Assembly (NCBI GenBank): GCA_964486045.1
Contig: CAZALK010000003.1
Location: 32,001-96,000, forward strand
Reading direction: 5' to 3'
DNA length: 64,000 nucleotides
Source: an uncultured archaeon
GTDB taxonomy: Archaea > Asgardarchaeota > Lokiarchaeia > Sigyniarchaeales > SOKP01
Shown here: piece by piece, positions 1 to 9,779 of the stretch
How the letters are laid out: each line of letters starts with the position of its first letter
Position numbering within the stretch: the stretch's first letter is position 1
Made by a program: the position numbers and the translations under genes
The notes under the pieces: generated by a model
The model's input: only the letters and a program-made list of their open reading frames with translations
Told to the model about the DNA's origin: nothing
The model's database searches: none

Positions 1-407
1 ATTGCATCCTCTAAATTTATTGGTGTTTCCGTAAATTTATAGAACGCTGATTCTAAGATGGGCATTAGTTTATCTTTAGCCTCAAAATCATAAGCAAAAT
101 ATTTACCCCACGAAGGGCTAATTTCAGCCGGTTTTTTACTCTTAACACCTTTTTTTGCAATTGTAGCTTTTTTTGTTCTAGGTTTTTTAGTTTTTAATTT
201 TTCAGAAAGCTCTTTTATTTGGTTATCGTTTAAAAATTCCAAAATTATTTTATCTTTTTCTTGAGGGACAACCATTCTAAAAAACACATCTGAATCTTCT
301 TCGAATAATAACTCTCTTAGATTTCGAGGGAAAGTAATTCCTGTTTTCGTTTTTTTTACAATATCCTCAAAAAAAGGAGCATCCTTAGATTTCTCATCTT
401 CATCCAT
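1..407 (-). CDS. Partial CDS running off the window; possible AbrB/MazE-like N-terminal DNA-binding domain
   Basis: ATG at 407-405; manual translation MDEDEKSKDAPFFEDIVKKTKTGITFPRNLRELLF... stays open to the window edge; KTKTGITFPRNLRELL resembles the AbrB G-x-ITIP-xx-R-xx-L pattern. Confidence 0.55.
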   Translation of the reverse strand, partial: MDEDEKSKDAPFFEDIVKKTKTGITFPRNLRELLFEEDSDVFFRMVVPQEKDKIILEFLNDNQIKELSEKLKTKKPRTKKATIAKKGVKSKKPAEISPSWGKYFAYDFEAKDKLMPILESAFYKFTETPINLEDA

Positions 408-505
408 AATAATTAAAAAGATTATGGATTTTATATTTGTTTCTCATAGTAATTCAAAGTAATTACTTTCACCCAAGAATTTTATACGTTCCAAGTTAAG
501 TTTTT

Positions 506-1099
506 TCAGCCTGTAATATTCACAAGCTCTACACCACGGTGTTGAAAATTCTGATCTATAAAACAAAGTATAGCGTGACCTTCATGAGTATATACAATAG
601 GTACTGGATAGGATTCAGCATTCTGAATAAAACTCTTTTTTACAAATAATGGAAGAACTTTCTTACAAACTCTACACTCAACTTGGATTCTTTTAACTAA
701 ATCTAAATCTGCAAAATTTTTTATTATTTCTTCAATTATTTCCTTAAAACTATTAAAAATGTTAGAATTGAAGTTACTATAAGATAAAATAACATCAATG
801 TCATAAGTTTCATGAAATTTAAAACTTACATATTCCAGTAGAGCTTCTAATAATTGGAATTGTATTTTTATACTAGCTCCAGCAGTATAAATTAAACTAT
901 TTTTCCTAATATGAACTATTTTCATATTTCCCTTATCTTTATGGAAAAAAATATCACTAACAGGGTTTTCTTTGACAATATTTAAGTCTAAATCAAATCT
1001 CCTAAAAGATTTTTCTGGTTTCCATTCGAATAAAGTAAACTCATCGTTACTAATATTTATAAATTCGAGAAATTCACCGATATTTCTAAAGACTGGCAT
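506..1099 (-). CDS. Hypothetical protein with C-terminal CxxC/His domain common in Asgard proteins; N-terminal part possibly longin-like
   Basis: 197-aa ORF; C-terminus CRVC...YPVPIVYTHEGHAILCFIDQNFQHRGVE. Confidence 0.55.
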   Translation of the reverse strand: MPVFRNIGEFLEFINISNDEFTLFEWKPEKSFRRFDLDLNIVKENPVSDIFFHKDKGNMKIVHIRKNSLIYTAGASIKIQFQLLEALLEYVSFKFHETYDIDVILSYSNFNSNIFNSFKEIIEEIIKNFADLDLVKRIQVECRVCKKVLPLFVKKSFIQNAESYPVPIVYTHEGHAILCFIDQNFQHRGVELVNITG

Positions 1100-1232
1100 T
1101 CAATTAATTCTTTCTTAATTTAAGTATTTAATGATACTAAAGATATTTATATCTTTCAATTACTTTAAAATCCATAATATAAAAATGTCTGTAAACAGAT
1201 TGGGATTATTAAAATAGAGGCTGATTTGAATT

Positions 1233-1877
1233 ATGATTTATTTACAAGAAATTTTGAATCTGACACCTGCTACTCCAGAAACCCTAAATTCTTTTATAAA
1301 ATTAAGCCAAAATTTATTAGTACCTGTATGTAAACGCTTAGGAACGCGACTTGTAGTTGCGTGGTTTAGTCATTATGAATGGTTCTTTCAGGTAACTCAC
1401 GTTTTTGAATTTGCTGATATGAAGCCGCTAAAAGAATTTCGAATTAAAGCTAGCCAAGATGAACAATGGGGTGAATATAACGCAGAGTTAGATGGTTTTG
1501 CTCCAGAACGTCGCACTCGATTACTCGAACCAATAGGTGCAATTTCACCAGATGTACTTAATAAAGCAATCGAAGAAAGCCAGAAAACACCTCTTAAAGT
1601 TTATAGTTTAGCAACTCTAGGAGTAACTCCGAATAAAATGACCGAATTTGTTGAATTTGTGGAAACTTTGTCAAAAAATGCCCCGATTATCGCAAGTTGG
1701 CGACCAATTGCTGGTAATCCAAATGAAGTAAATGATTTATGGAAAGGAGATATTGGACCAAAAGATTCCCAACCTGTTGTTGAGGGGATGAAAGAATGGT
1801 TCCGAAAACTTCGAGAATTGGCACCAAAAGAGCGTTTAGTACAAATTTACCCTCTCCCATATTCTGAATTAAAATAG
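1233..1877 (+). CDS. NIPSNAP-family protein (tandem paralog 1)
   Basis: IYLQE-L, G-x-RLVVAW, D-x-xW, E-x-x-xxxPLPYSxLK ending; two-domain dimeric alpha/beta barrel pattern. Confidence 0.75.
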   Translation: MIYLQEILNLTPATPETLNSFIKLSQNLLVPVCKRLGTRLVVAWFSHYEWFFQVTHVFEFADMKPLKEFRIKASQDEQWGEYNAELDGFAPERRTRLLEPIGAISPDVLNKAIEESQKTPLKVYSLATLGVTPNKMTEFVEFVETLSKNAPIIASWRPIAGNPNEVNDLWKGDIGPKDSQPVVEGMKEWFRKLRELAPKERLVQIYPLPYSELK

Positions 1878-2026
1878 TCTTTACCTCAATATCCTTTTCA
1901 TTTTAAAAATGATTTATTGAATAATCTGAAATCTATAGAAACTTTAAAAATCACCTTTCTTTGAATCAGATATAATCTCAACTTTTTAGTATGACGGTTA
2001 TATAAAAATATAGGTAGATTTGAATA

Positions 2027-2680
2027 ATGATATATTTAGAGCAAACTCTTAATATTACACCAGCGAGTCCAGATATTCGGGATGATTATATTAAGGTTGC
2101 CGAAGAATTACTAGTCCCAGCATGCAAACGTCTTGGAGCACGTTTAGTAGCTGCTTGGAATGCGAATTCTGAATGGTTTATGCAGACAACTCAAATATTT
2201 GAGTTTAATGATATAGAAAACTTGAAGAAATTTCGGATTAACGCTAGTCAAGATAAAGAATGGGGTGAATATTTGGCTCAATTAGAGGTTTTTGCCCCGG
2301 AACGCCGTACTCGACTACTAGAACCTATAGGTGCGGTCCCACCAGAAGTACTGCATAAAGCAATAGAAGAGAGCCAGAAAACACCACTCAAAGCTTATAG
2401 TATGGCGATTCTTGAGGTAAATCCCGGGAAAATGCCGGATATGATTGCTGGAATATCAACAGGATATAAAGCAATGCCGATTATTGCAAGCTGGCGACCA
2501 ATTGCTGGAAGTCCAAATCAAATTATGGATTTATGGAAGGGAGATATATTGTTTAATGCTAACAATATGGCATATCGTCCTTTTAGCAAAGAACAACAAT
2601 GGGTTCGAGATCTTCGAGAAAATGCACCTAAAGAAAGAATCATGGCTTTATATACATTACCCTATTCTCCCCTGAAGTAA
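2027..2680 (+). CDS. NIPSNAP-family protein (tandem paralog 2)
   Basis: Shares blocks such as FAPERRTRLLEPIGA and PIIASWRPIAG with 1233..1877. Confidence 0.75.
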   Translation: MIYLEQTLNITPASPDIRDDYIKVAEELLVPACKRLGARLVAAWNANSEWFMQTTQIFEFNDIENLKKFRINASQDKEWGEYLAQLEVFAPERRTRLLEPIGAVPPEVLHKAIEESQKTPLKAYSMAILEVNPGKMPDMIAGISTGYKAMPIIASWRPIAGSPNQIMDLWKGDILFNANNMAYRPFSKEQQWVRDLRENAPKERIMALYTLPYSPLK

Positions 2681-2800
2681 ATTTTTTCAAAATTCCTAAA
2701 AGTTCTTTTTTTTATTTTCCACTTCATTTTAAAGCATAAGTTTATGAAAAAACTTTTGGTTTATGTTTAAGATATCGAATAAAGAGAGGTTAAGGATTAG

Positions 2801-3655
2801 TTGAACAAAAAAACACTCGAAAGGGAAATGGAATTGCATCAAGAAACTAAAATAGTTGAAGAGTATAAGAATCTTGAATTCACGGTTATTCTAGTACGCC
2901 CTGAACATGCTGCAAATATAGGATCAATAACTCGAGTCATGACAAATTTTGAATTTAAAAACCTTGTGATCTTTAATCCTATTGAACAAAAGGCAAATAT
3001 ATTCAGTCATCACACCCATGGATTTGCCATGCATGGAAAAGATATTCTGATGAAGGCACAAATCATAGAAGTAGGGGAACAAGAAAATCATCTTGGTGAA
3101 TTAAAATCCACCCTTAACCAGTTTGATTTGGTACTTGCAACAACTGCAAAGGGAAAGAGATATACTAATATTAAAAGATTAGCAATCTTTCCTGAAGATT
3201 TAACAATTCCAAGCTCCCTAAAACCTTTGAAAATTGCAATTTTATTTGGAAGAGAGTCTCGAGGACTAACAAATGATGAAATTAGTCTTGCTGATATACT
3301 TTTAAGGATACCCACCGGGGAAAATTATCCAACATTAAATTTATCTCATGCATGTGGAATTATATTATATGAAATCTTTAAAAAGATTAATAGATTGACA
3401 GTGGGAAGAGGATCAAAACCAGTATTACTTGCAAAAAGAGAAGATCGTCAAACACTTTATAATCTTGTTAATAATGTTTTAGAAAAGTTGAAAATTAGAG
3501 CTCATAGGAGAGAAAATGTATATTTTGCCTTTCGAAATATTATTGAACGTTCTTTTATGTCGAGAAAAGAACTGAGTCTAATTTCCGGAGTATTTTCCAA
3601 AATATATAGATTTATTGATGGATTACACCTCTTTGAGGAGGAAAGAAAGTCGTAA
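2801..3655 (+). CDS. trmJ: SPOUT tRNA/rRNA methyltransferase, TrmJ/TrmH family
   Basis: ILVRPEHAANIGSITRVMTNF, ILFGRESRGLTNDE, YPTLNLSHA motifs. Confidence 0.85.
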   Translation: MNKKTLEREMELHQETKIVEEYKNLEFTVILVRPEHAANIGSITRVMTNFEFKNLVIFNPIEQKANIFSHHTHGFAMHGKDILMKAQIIEVGEQENHLGELKSTLNQFDLVLATTAKGKRYTNIKRLAIFPEDLTIPSSLKPLKIAILFGRESRGLTNDEISLADILLRIPTGENYPTLNLSHACGIILYEIFKKINRLTVGRGSKPVLLAKREDRQTLYNLVNNVLEKLKIRAHRRENVYFAFRNIIERSFMSRKELSLISGVFSKIYRFIDGLHLFEEERKS

Positions 3656-3691
3656 AAACAAATTCTATGAAAATAATTGAAAAGAAGAGAA

Positions 3692-4018
3692 TTAGTTCTT
3701 ACTTTTCCATTTTGGTATTTCTTCTCCAACAAGAACAGCAGCAATAAAACAAAAACAAGCAAAAAGACCCAAAAATATAAAACTCAAATTAAAACATTTG
3801 ATATCATTACTTTCAAAACAATAACTACTAATATTTAAATATGTAATAAGGAAAACAATAAATAGTATATAAGAGGCAGCCATTATATATAACTTTACTT
3901 TCTTTATCGGTCTTTTCTTCTTTTTCGTTTTTTTAGCAAGGATTAAGCGCAATTCACATTTCGGACATAAAACACCACTTTCTTCTATTTCTGTTCCACA
4001 AATCTCGCAATAGGGCAT
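3692..4018 (-). CDS. Zinc-ribbon membrane protein
   Basis: CEICG...CPKC followed by a basic patch and two hydrophobic helices. Confidence 0.7.
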   Translation of the reverse strand: MPYCEICGTEIEESGVLCPKCELRLILAKKTKKKKRPIKKVKLYIMAASYILFIVFLITYLNISSYCFESNDIKCFNLSFIFLGLFACFCFIAAVLVGEEIPKWKSKN

Positions 4019-4234
4019 AATTTTATAACTTGTAAATGTTTATATTAGTTTTTAGCAATTATTACTCGCTATAGCTTGTTTCACGTTATCTAACGATTTT
4101 GGGCTTGCTTGAATAATACTTATCATTTTGACTTCAATAATTCAAAATATATTATTAAAATTTAAAGGATTTGGATTAAATAGATTATGGTTAATCCTTG
4201 GTTTTGGGATATAACCAAGCAAGTATATAAAAAT

Positions 4235-4876
4235 TTATATAAGTAATTTTTTCTGCAATTTTATATATTCATTATAGTCCAGAAATTCTTTTTCTACATA
4301 CTCAAAAACTATTTTATATAATTGCCTTAAAAGTTCTTCAGGAAAAGCTTTTTGTTCAAAAATAACCTCATAAACTAACTCTTCAGTAAGGATTTGAGCA
4401 TTTATAGATTGGTGGCTGAGTAAAAAACTCATCATCGCTTTATCCACTTTAGTTTTGATAAGCTTTTTTATGACATTCAGACTGATATCTCTCTTAGGAT
4501 CGATGAAATAGGGAAAATTCATGTCATCAAGGATTTTGATGTAGTTTAAGGAGTCTGTAATCTTTTCCACGCAATATTCTAGTGAACTTACGGGAAGATT
4601 AAATTTTTGACAATATTCTTTCTTGGTTTCATGAGCGGGGAAGCTAAAGGGGTGCCTAGAAATTATATAATACGCCCCTATAAAGAATTTGAACAAATTA
4701 TGAGGTATCTTTCTGTTGTTTCTTAAATATTTATATACAAGCGAAACCGTGTCAAGTAGAAAATTCTCGTTAATCTCAAATTGCTTTAAAAAATCTTGAC
4801 CATCTTTTAATAAATCAATGGTAATACGTTCTTTGGTGTTTGTTACTTCATATTCAGGAGTATAAAGTTCTAACAT
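4235..4876 (-). CDS. TFIIB/cyclin-fold-like hypothetical protein (ORF extends to 4945; MLELY start preferred)
   Basis: IGAYYIISRH...TKKEYCQKFNLPVSSLEYCVEKI resembles the cyclin-box repeat AAALYIACR..TQKEIA..VSEVTI of TFB. Confidence 0.5.
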   Translation of the reverse strand: MLELYTPEYEVTNTKERITIDLLKDGQDFLKQFEINENFLLDTVSLVYKYLRNNRKIPHNLFKFFIGAYYIISRHPFSFPAHETKKEYCQKFNLPVSSLEYCVEKITDSLNYIKILDDMNFPYFIDPKRDISLNVIKKLIKTKVDKAMMSFLLSHQSINAQILTEELVYEVIFEQKAFPEELLRQLYKIVFEYVEKEFLDYNEYIKLQKKLLI

Positions 4877-5124
4877 TTCACACACACTATTTTGCTTTGT
4901 TTTTAAAGGGAAGTAATATCGATATATTTTTAGGATAATATTCATATGTTATTTTTCATATATAAATGTGATGCAGATTTGATGTAATTTAGATCCATAA
5001 ATAATTCAATTTTGTTTCGAAATATATGTAAATATTATGCAAAAACGCAACATTTAAATATCTGTTTTAGCATTTATCTCTTAATTTTTGTCGAATATAA
5101 TTTAAAATCTTAAAACTTAAAGAA

Positions 5125-5589
5125 ATGACATCTGACACAGAGATAATCAATCAAGAAATAGACTTAGAATCTAAAAGAATAACTGTTAGTATTGATGAAG
5201 TAACAGATAAAATAATAGAAAATTTAATTGGTGTGAAAGGTAGATCAAAATCTTCTGTAATTTATCAAATAATTCGAGATTGGATTGATGACAATTCTGA
5301 ACTTATTCTAAATAACTGGGGTATAAATTTTGCTACAATAAGAAGACAAGTTATAAGTAAGTATAAAGAAGTTCCAGTTAAAAAAGAGCTTTCTGATTCT
5401 GAAATGAATGTTTTGAATCGACTTACAGAATTATTTAAAACAGTAAAAAGTATTAGTACGAAAGAATTGGCTGAGGAAGTGGATGTCGATACAAAAACAC
5501 TTAGAAATTTAATATTTAATAACCGTGTGAAATTAGAAGCAGCTGGACTTAAACTTGCTTATGAAGATGGCAAATTCTTTCCGACTTAA
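5125..5589 (+). CDS. Ribbon-helix-helix (CopG-like) plus C-terminal HTH DNA-binding protein
   Basis: KRITVSIDE...GRSKSSVIYQII (RHH) and ISTKELAEEVDVDTKTLRNLI (HTH). Confidence 0.7.
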   Translation: MTSDTEIINQEIDLESKRITVSIDEVTDKIIENLIGVKGRSKSSVIYQIIRDWIDDNSELILNNWGINFATIRRQVISKYKEVPVKKELSDSEMNVLNRLTELFKTVKSISTKELAEEVDVDTKTLRNLIFNNRVKLEAAGLKLAYEDGKFFPT

Positions 5590-5627
5590 AATTAAAAATA
5601 TAATGAATTAAGAAGTGAAAAATAAAA

Positions 5628-5816
5628 ATGAGTTCAAGACGATTAGAAATGTATGAAAACATTGATGTTTCCCTGCTTGTTATCCCCTTTTCAAAGGTAT
5701 TTAAGCCCTATAAAGCAAACTTTATCTATTCTGGAAATGAAAATATTCCCTTTAAAGAAAGAGAAACAGAATTTAAAATGATATTTAGACAAGAATTTTC
5801 AGATGTTTTAAGATAG
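5628..5816 (+). CDS. Small paralog family member A (62 aa)
   Basis: DVSLLVIPFSKV...IYSGNENIPFKER...FKMIFRQEF motif shared with four nearby ORFs. Confidence 0.8.
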   Translation: MSSRRLEMYENIDVSLLVIPFSKVFKPYKANFIYSGNENIPFKERETEFKMIFRQEFSDVLR

Positions 5817-5941
5817 AAAACAGATCACTTTTAACATTACTACTTTACTTCAATCTGGTTTTATATTTTGATAGAAATTATATTTTGATAAAGAAATAGT
5901 TCAAAATTTTACCATATTTCCTTATATTATAACAATAGTAT

Positions 5942-5991
5942 TTAATGACATAATTGAGAATAAATATTTAATCTATAATAATTGTCATTAA
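5942..5991. promoter_or_regulatory. Inverted repeat TTAATGACA-N32-TGTCATTAA around an AT-rich TATA-like segment upstream of member B
   Basis: Perfect 9-bp inverted repeat at 5942-5950 and 5983-5991. Confidence 0.35.
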
Positions 5992-6017
5992 CTGTGAATA
6001 TTTGGTATTAAATAAAC

Positions 6018-6221
6018 ATGCTAAAAGATACTGTAAACGGAGAGCCAAGAGCTTTTTCAGAATTGATTTTTAATATTTCAAGTGCCATAATTCCTTATTC
6101 CAAGATGATTCAATCATCGAATGTATCAGATATCTATTCGGGTGAAGAAAGAATTCCATTCCATAAGAGAACTCCAGAATATATATCGATTTTAAGAAAG
6201 GAATTTGCAGTTATTTCTTAA
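6018..6221 (+). CDS. Small paralog family member B (67 aa)
   Basis: NISSAIIPYSKM...IYSGEERIPFHKR...YISILRKEF. Confidence 0.8.
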   Translation: MLKDTVNGEPRAFSELIFNISSAIIPYSKMIQSSNVSDIYSGEERIPFHKRTPEYISILRKEFAVIS

Positions 6222-6402
6222 TAATACCCAAATATTGAAGAATTCTTTAGAATTTAGGATAAAATTCAAAATCTCTTTTTCCTTCCATCTGTAGCTGAAG
6301 TTCAAATTTATAAGTTGTTTAAAGCAACTTTAAATCAAAAAATCAAGGTTTCACCTTTAATCCTATCTTTTACTGAAACATCCTCAAAAATCTTTTAATT
6401 TA

Positions 6403-7674
6403 TTGAGAATTAGATTTCAATATACAACCGAAATTAAGAGATTTACAGAAATGAAAGGAAATTTTGAGATTCGTAAATTAATTGAACAAGATCGTGAAGT
6501 ATACAAAAAGTTGATGCGATATGCTTTTGAAACAACCATGAATAGTTATGAAGATTTAAGATGGCCTTCAGAGAAAATACCTATCGATTGGCATTATGGC
6601 GCGTTTGATAAGGAGCAATTAGTAGCGGGAGTAGGTATTATTCCATTTGAAATTCGAATGCGTTCTCAAGAGTTTAACATGTATGGAGTTGGAGGAGTTG
6701 CTTCAAAACCTGAATATCGTAATCTTGGTATCATAAGAGAATTAATGGTAAAAATTTTTAAAGATTTATATGAAAATAATATCCCGTTATCTGTTTTATA
6801 TCCATTTAAGCATTTATTTTATGAGATGTTAGGATACAAACTTGTTGATGAACATTTTTCCTACGAATTTAATATATCGGATATTATATACAGAGAAACA
6901 GAGTATCACATGAAAGAAGTCGAAAGGATAAATGATGATATTATAAGTGTTTATGATCGCGCTATTTTAAATTTTGATTATATTGCTAAAAGACCTGAGA
7001 TTCAATATTGGAGAGGCTTATATAAAAACAACTACAAATTCATTTGCTACAACGGAGATCAACCTGTAGGTTATGTAATAATAATCTTTACCAAAAGAGA
7101 TGCTGTGTGGTTAGAAAAAAAAGATGCCATGTGGTTAGAACATCCAGAGAAAACAATATTAATCCAAGAGGCGTTCTGGCTTGATCAAACGGCTAAGCAA
7201 ACAATCTTTAATTTTCTGTGGAGTCATCGAGATCAACGAAAATATATAGTTGGAACTTTTTCTGCGCATGAAAATATAATAGATCTTTTAAAAACTCCCC
7301 GAATAAAAACTAGGTATATAGTAGATAATTCTCAACTGAGAATAATAGATTTAAAAGCGGTTTTAGAGAATCTGAAGTATCCATTTGATAATTTTTATAT
7401 AATATTTCATACAAAGGATGACTTTTGTCCCTGGAATGAAGGATTCTTCACCCTAACGTCAAAAGAAGAACAAATCAATGTAGAGTATCATAAATCTTCG
7501 GAAAACTCAGCAGATATCGAATTAGATATTAGTTATTTAGCACAATTGCTAGCAGGTTTTAGAACAGTCAATGATCTTTTAGAATTCGGTTTTGTTTCTG
7601 TAAATCCTGAAAAACTTGAGCTATTACAAGCTTTATTTCCATTGACAAATAATTATTTTCATGACTTTTTCTAA
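6403..7674 (+). CDS. Eis-family GNAT acetyltransferase with C-terminal SCP2-like domain (likely start ATG 6451)
   Basis: GVGGVASKPEYRNLGI, SVLYPF..FYEMLGY, DDFCPWNEG, LAQLLAGF. Confidence 0.85.
   Translation: MRIRFQYTTEIKRFTEMKGNFEIRKLIEQDREVYKKLMRYAFETTMNSYEDLRWPSEKIPIDWHYGAFDKEQLVAGVGIIPFEIRMRSQEFNMYGVGGVASKPEYRNLGIIRELMVKIFKDLYENNIPLSVLYPFKHLFYEMLGYKLVDEHFSYEFNISDIIYRETEYHMKEVERINDDIISVYDRAILNFDYIAKRPEIQYWRGLYKNNYKFICYNGDQPVGYVIIIFTKRDAVWLEKKDAMWLEHPEKTILIQEAFWLDQTAKQTIFNFLWSHRDQRKYIVGTFSAHENIIDLLKTPRIKTRYIVDNSQLRIIDLKAVLENLKYPFDNFYIIFHTKDDFCPWNEGFFTLTSKEEQINVEYHKSSENSADIELDISYLAQLLAGFRTVNDLLEFGFVSVNPEKLELLQALFPLTNNYFHDFF
7093..7140 (+). repeat. In-frame 24-bp imperfect tandem duplication in the Eis gene
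   Basis: aaaagagatgctgtgtggttagaa / aaaaaagatgccatgtggttagaa encoding KRDAVWLE-KKDAMWLE. Confidence 0.8.
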
Positions 7675-7858
7675 ACTCACTTTATTCCTGTTTCAAGATT
7701 TTATTCTTAATTTATTTAGAATTATCCCATAATTCATTGGAAAATGCGGAAAAGCCAATATTTTTTATTTAAAAACCTTTGGTTTTCTTTATTATTATAT
7801 AATACAACTTCATTAGATGTTTATAAGAATAATTTGATAACTTTAGTTCTCACTCGAT

Positions 7859-8086
7859 GTGAAAATCAATATGGTAATGGATGATAAGATTACAACTTTT
7901 CTTGAAATTATCGATGAATTTGAAGATGAATTTTATCCGGATATCTCAGCTGCAGTAATTTCTTTCTCAAATGTAGGTATTAAGAAAGAAGAACAATATA
8001 TTTATTATGGGTATGAACAAATTCCTTTTAATAAAAGACATCCTACATACCAGAAGATTTTCATTTATGAATTCTTACATAGTTAA
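7859..8086 (+). CDS. Small paralog family member C (75 aa)
   Basis: DISAAVISFSNV...IYYGYEQIPFNKR...YQKIFIYEF. Confidence 0.8.
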   Translation: MKINMVMDDKITTFLEIIDEFEDEFYPDISAAVISFSNVGIKKEEQYIYYGYEQIPFNKRHPTYQKIFIYEFLHS

Positions 8087-8177
8087 ACTACTTCTCTTAC
8101 AAAATTAAGAACTCAAGAAAAAAACTGTCTCTTTTTATATATCAATTAAGATAGTTCGTAATCTATATTATTTTAAA

Positions 8178-8492
8178 ATGGCAACTATGAATTCAAGAAC
8201 TATTGAAAAACAGGTTGAAGATTTTTTAGATAATTCATTTAACGCAGAGGATCACTTCGTTAATAATGAAAATCAAAAAAAAAAGTTTGTTTTACTCTCA
8301 AGACTCGTTGCAGATTTATTTAAATGTGAAAATTCAGCAGTTTGTTTCCATAACATTTCAAATTTAATAGTTCTAATCTTAAACATCTACAATGAAAAAT
8401 TTCCAGTAGATATATATTCTAATGGGAGAACGGGTTCGAAAAAAAAAAGCGACAATGACTTTAAACGTATAATCAGAGAGAATTTGGTATAA
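8178..8492 (+). CDS. Small paralog family member D, divergent (104 aa)
   Basis: C-terminal half NISNLIVLILNI...DIYSNG...FKRIIRENL keeps the family spacing but lacks IPF. Confidence 0.65.
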   Translation: MATMNSRTIEKQVEDFLDNSFNAEDHFVNNENQKKKFVLLSRLVADLFKCENSAVCFHNISNLIVLILNIYNEKFPVDIYSNGRTGSKKKSDNDFKRIIRENLV

Positions 8493-8607
8493 GAGTTGGA
8501 TAAACAATTTATTTTATCAGAAAACATCAATAAATTTGTCGGGTGTTCTCTCTTAAATAATAATAATATTATATTAAAAATAAAAAGAAATAAGTAAGGG
8601 GTTCAAA

Positions 8608-8826
8608 TTGAGCTTAAAAGTAGATTTTAAAAAAATTGTGAATATTGACCATGATATTGAAGAGGTTGACGTTTTTCAAGGTATATCTCAGTTAATCATC
8701 CCTTTCTCGGTTGTCTTTAATATCAATCACTCTCCAGAAATATATACTGGAGAGGAACTAATTCCGTTCAGGGAAAAAAATATAAAATTCAGGAAAATAT
8801 TAATTGACGAGTTTATTAATGGTTAA
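8608..8826 (+). CDS. Small paralog family member E (72 aa)
   Basis: GISQLIIPFSVV...IYTGEELIPFREK...FRKILIDEF. Confidence 0.8.
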   Translation: MSLKVDFKKIVNIDHDIEEVDVFQGISQLIIPFSVVFNINHSPEIYTGEELIPFREKNIKFRKILIDEFING

Positions 8827-8898
8827 AACAGATTTGTAGAAAAAAAGAATAAAATTTGTAATTCTCTTCTTTTAGCTTATTAGGTAGAGAAAATTAAG

Positions 8899-9639
8899 TT
8901 AATTTTCCTTTAAGATGAGCTCTTTTATCCAATGAGGAAGCAAAAATCCACTATAGAAAGCAAGACCACTTAGAATTAGTATTATTCTATTTATTATTAA
9001 TATCACATCAATAATAGATCCAAAAAGTAAAGGTTTTAACCCATCTAAAGCTGCACCAATAAAAAAAAGTACTACTGCAAGCAAAATAAATTTTCCTTTT
9101 AATCTGATTTCCGTATTGTCAGATCTCATTGATACACGCGCAAAATTAACCCCTGTTATAAGAAATACTAATAACACCGATATTAAATAACCCAATGCGA
9201 ATGATTTATATTCAGCGTCTACAGAATTAAACATTACGCCAATAATTGAGACATCATTAAAGATAAAATAAAAAAAGACAATATAATATATTAATCCGGT
9301 GATGGTTGCTATTAATAAAAAAATTTTTTGTTTTTTTTTGTATAAAAAATCGGTATATGCTGTCAACCATAAAAATAGAGCTACTGGAACAAATAGATTA
9401 CCTAATGTAAAATAAAGTTCCTCACCAAATCCTGCTCCTGTAAAGAGAGCTGCGAGAAATGAAAATGCAGAAGACCACCATATTTCACATAACAATACCC
9501 ACGTAAACCCAACAAAAAGAAGTTCTCTTCTTTTATTTACAAAATACTTTGAAACAATTCGTAAACCAATTATTGTAGAGATTACAACAGTAGCTAAGCT
9601 TAAAGAACCGGTTAATATTTCAAGAGGTGTTAAAACCAT
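8899..9639 (-). CDS. Polytopic (~7 TM) membrane protein
   Basis: About seven hydrophobic helices; C-terminal YSGFLLPHWIK. Confidence 0.7.
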   Translation of the reverse strand: MVLTPLEILTGSLSLATVVISTIIGLRIVSKYFVNKRRELLFVGFTWVLLCEIWWSSAFSFLAALFTGAGFGEELYFTLGNLFVPVALFLWLTAYTDFLYKKKQKIFLLIATITGLIYYIVFFYFIFNDVSIIGVMFNSVDAEYKSFALGYLISVLLVFLITGVNFARVSMRSDNTEIRLKGKFILLAVVLFFIGAALDGLKPLLFGSIIDVILIINRIILILSGLAFYSGFLLPHWIKELILKEN

Positions 9640-9779
9640 GTTTTTTCAATATGAATTTTTTGATTAAATAAATTAATTTTAATTCTTTATTAATTTATCT
9701 CTCATTCAATTATTAAAAAAAAATTCGAGATAAAACCTTCAGTTTACTCTTAAGTATAATTTACTTTTCTTTATTAATC

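Noticed and set aside
4052-4216. 24-aa ORF (4052-4126, minus) and hairpin ggttaatcc...ggatataacc (4189-4216)
   Set aside because: Too short and imperfect to support without conservation data.
5628-8826. Small paralogs as RiPP precursor peptides
   Set aside because: The conserved part spans most of each protein and is C-terminal; there is no leader/core pattern and no adjacent maturase, protease or exporter.
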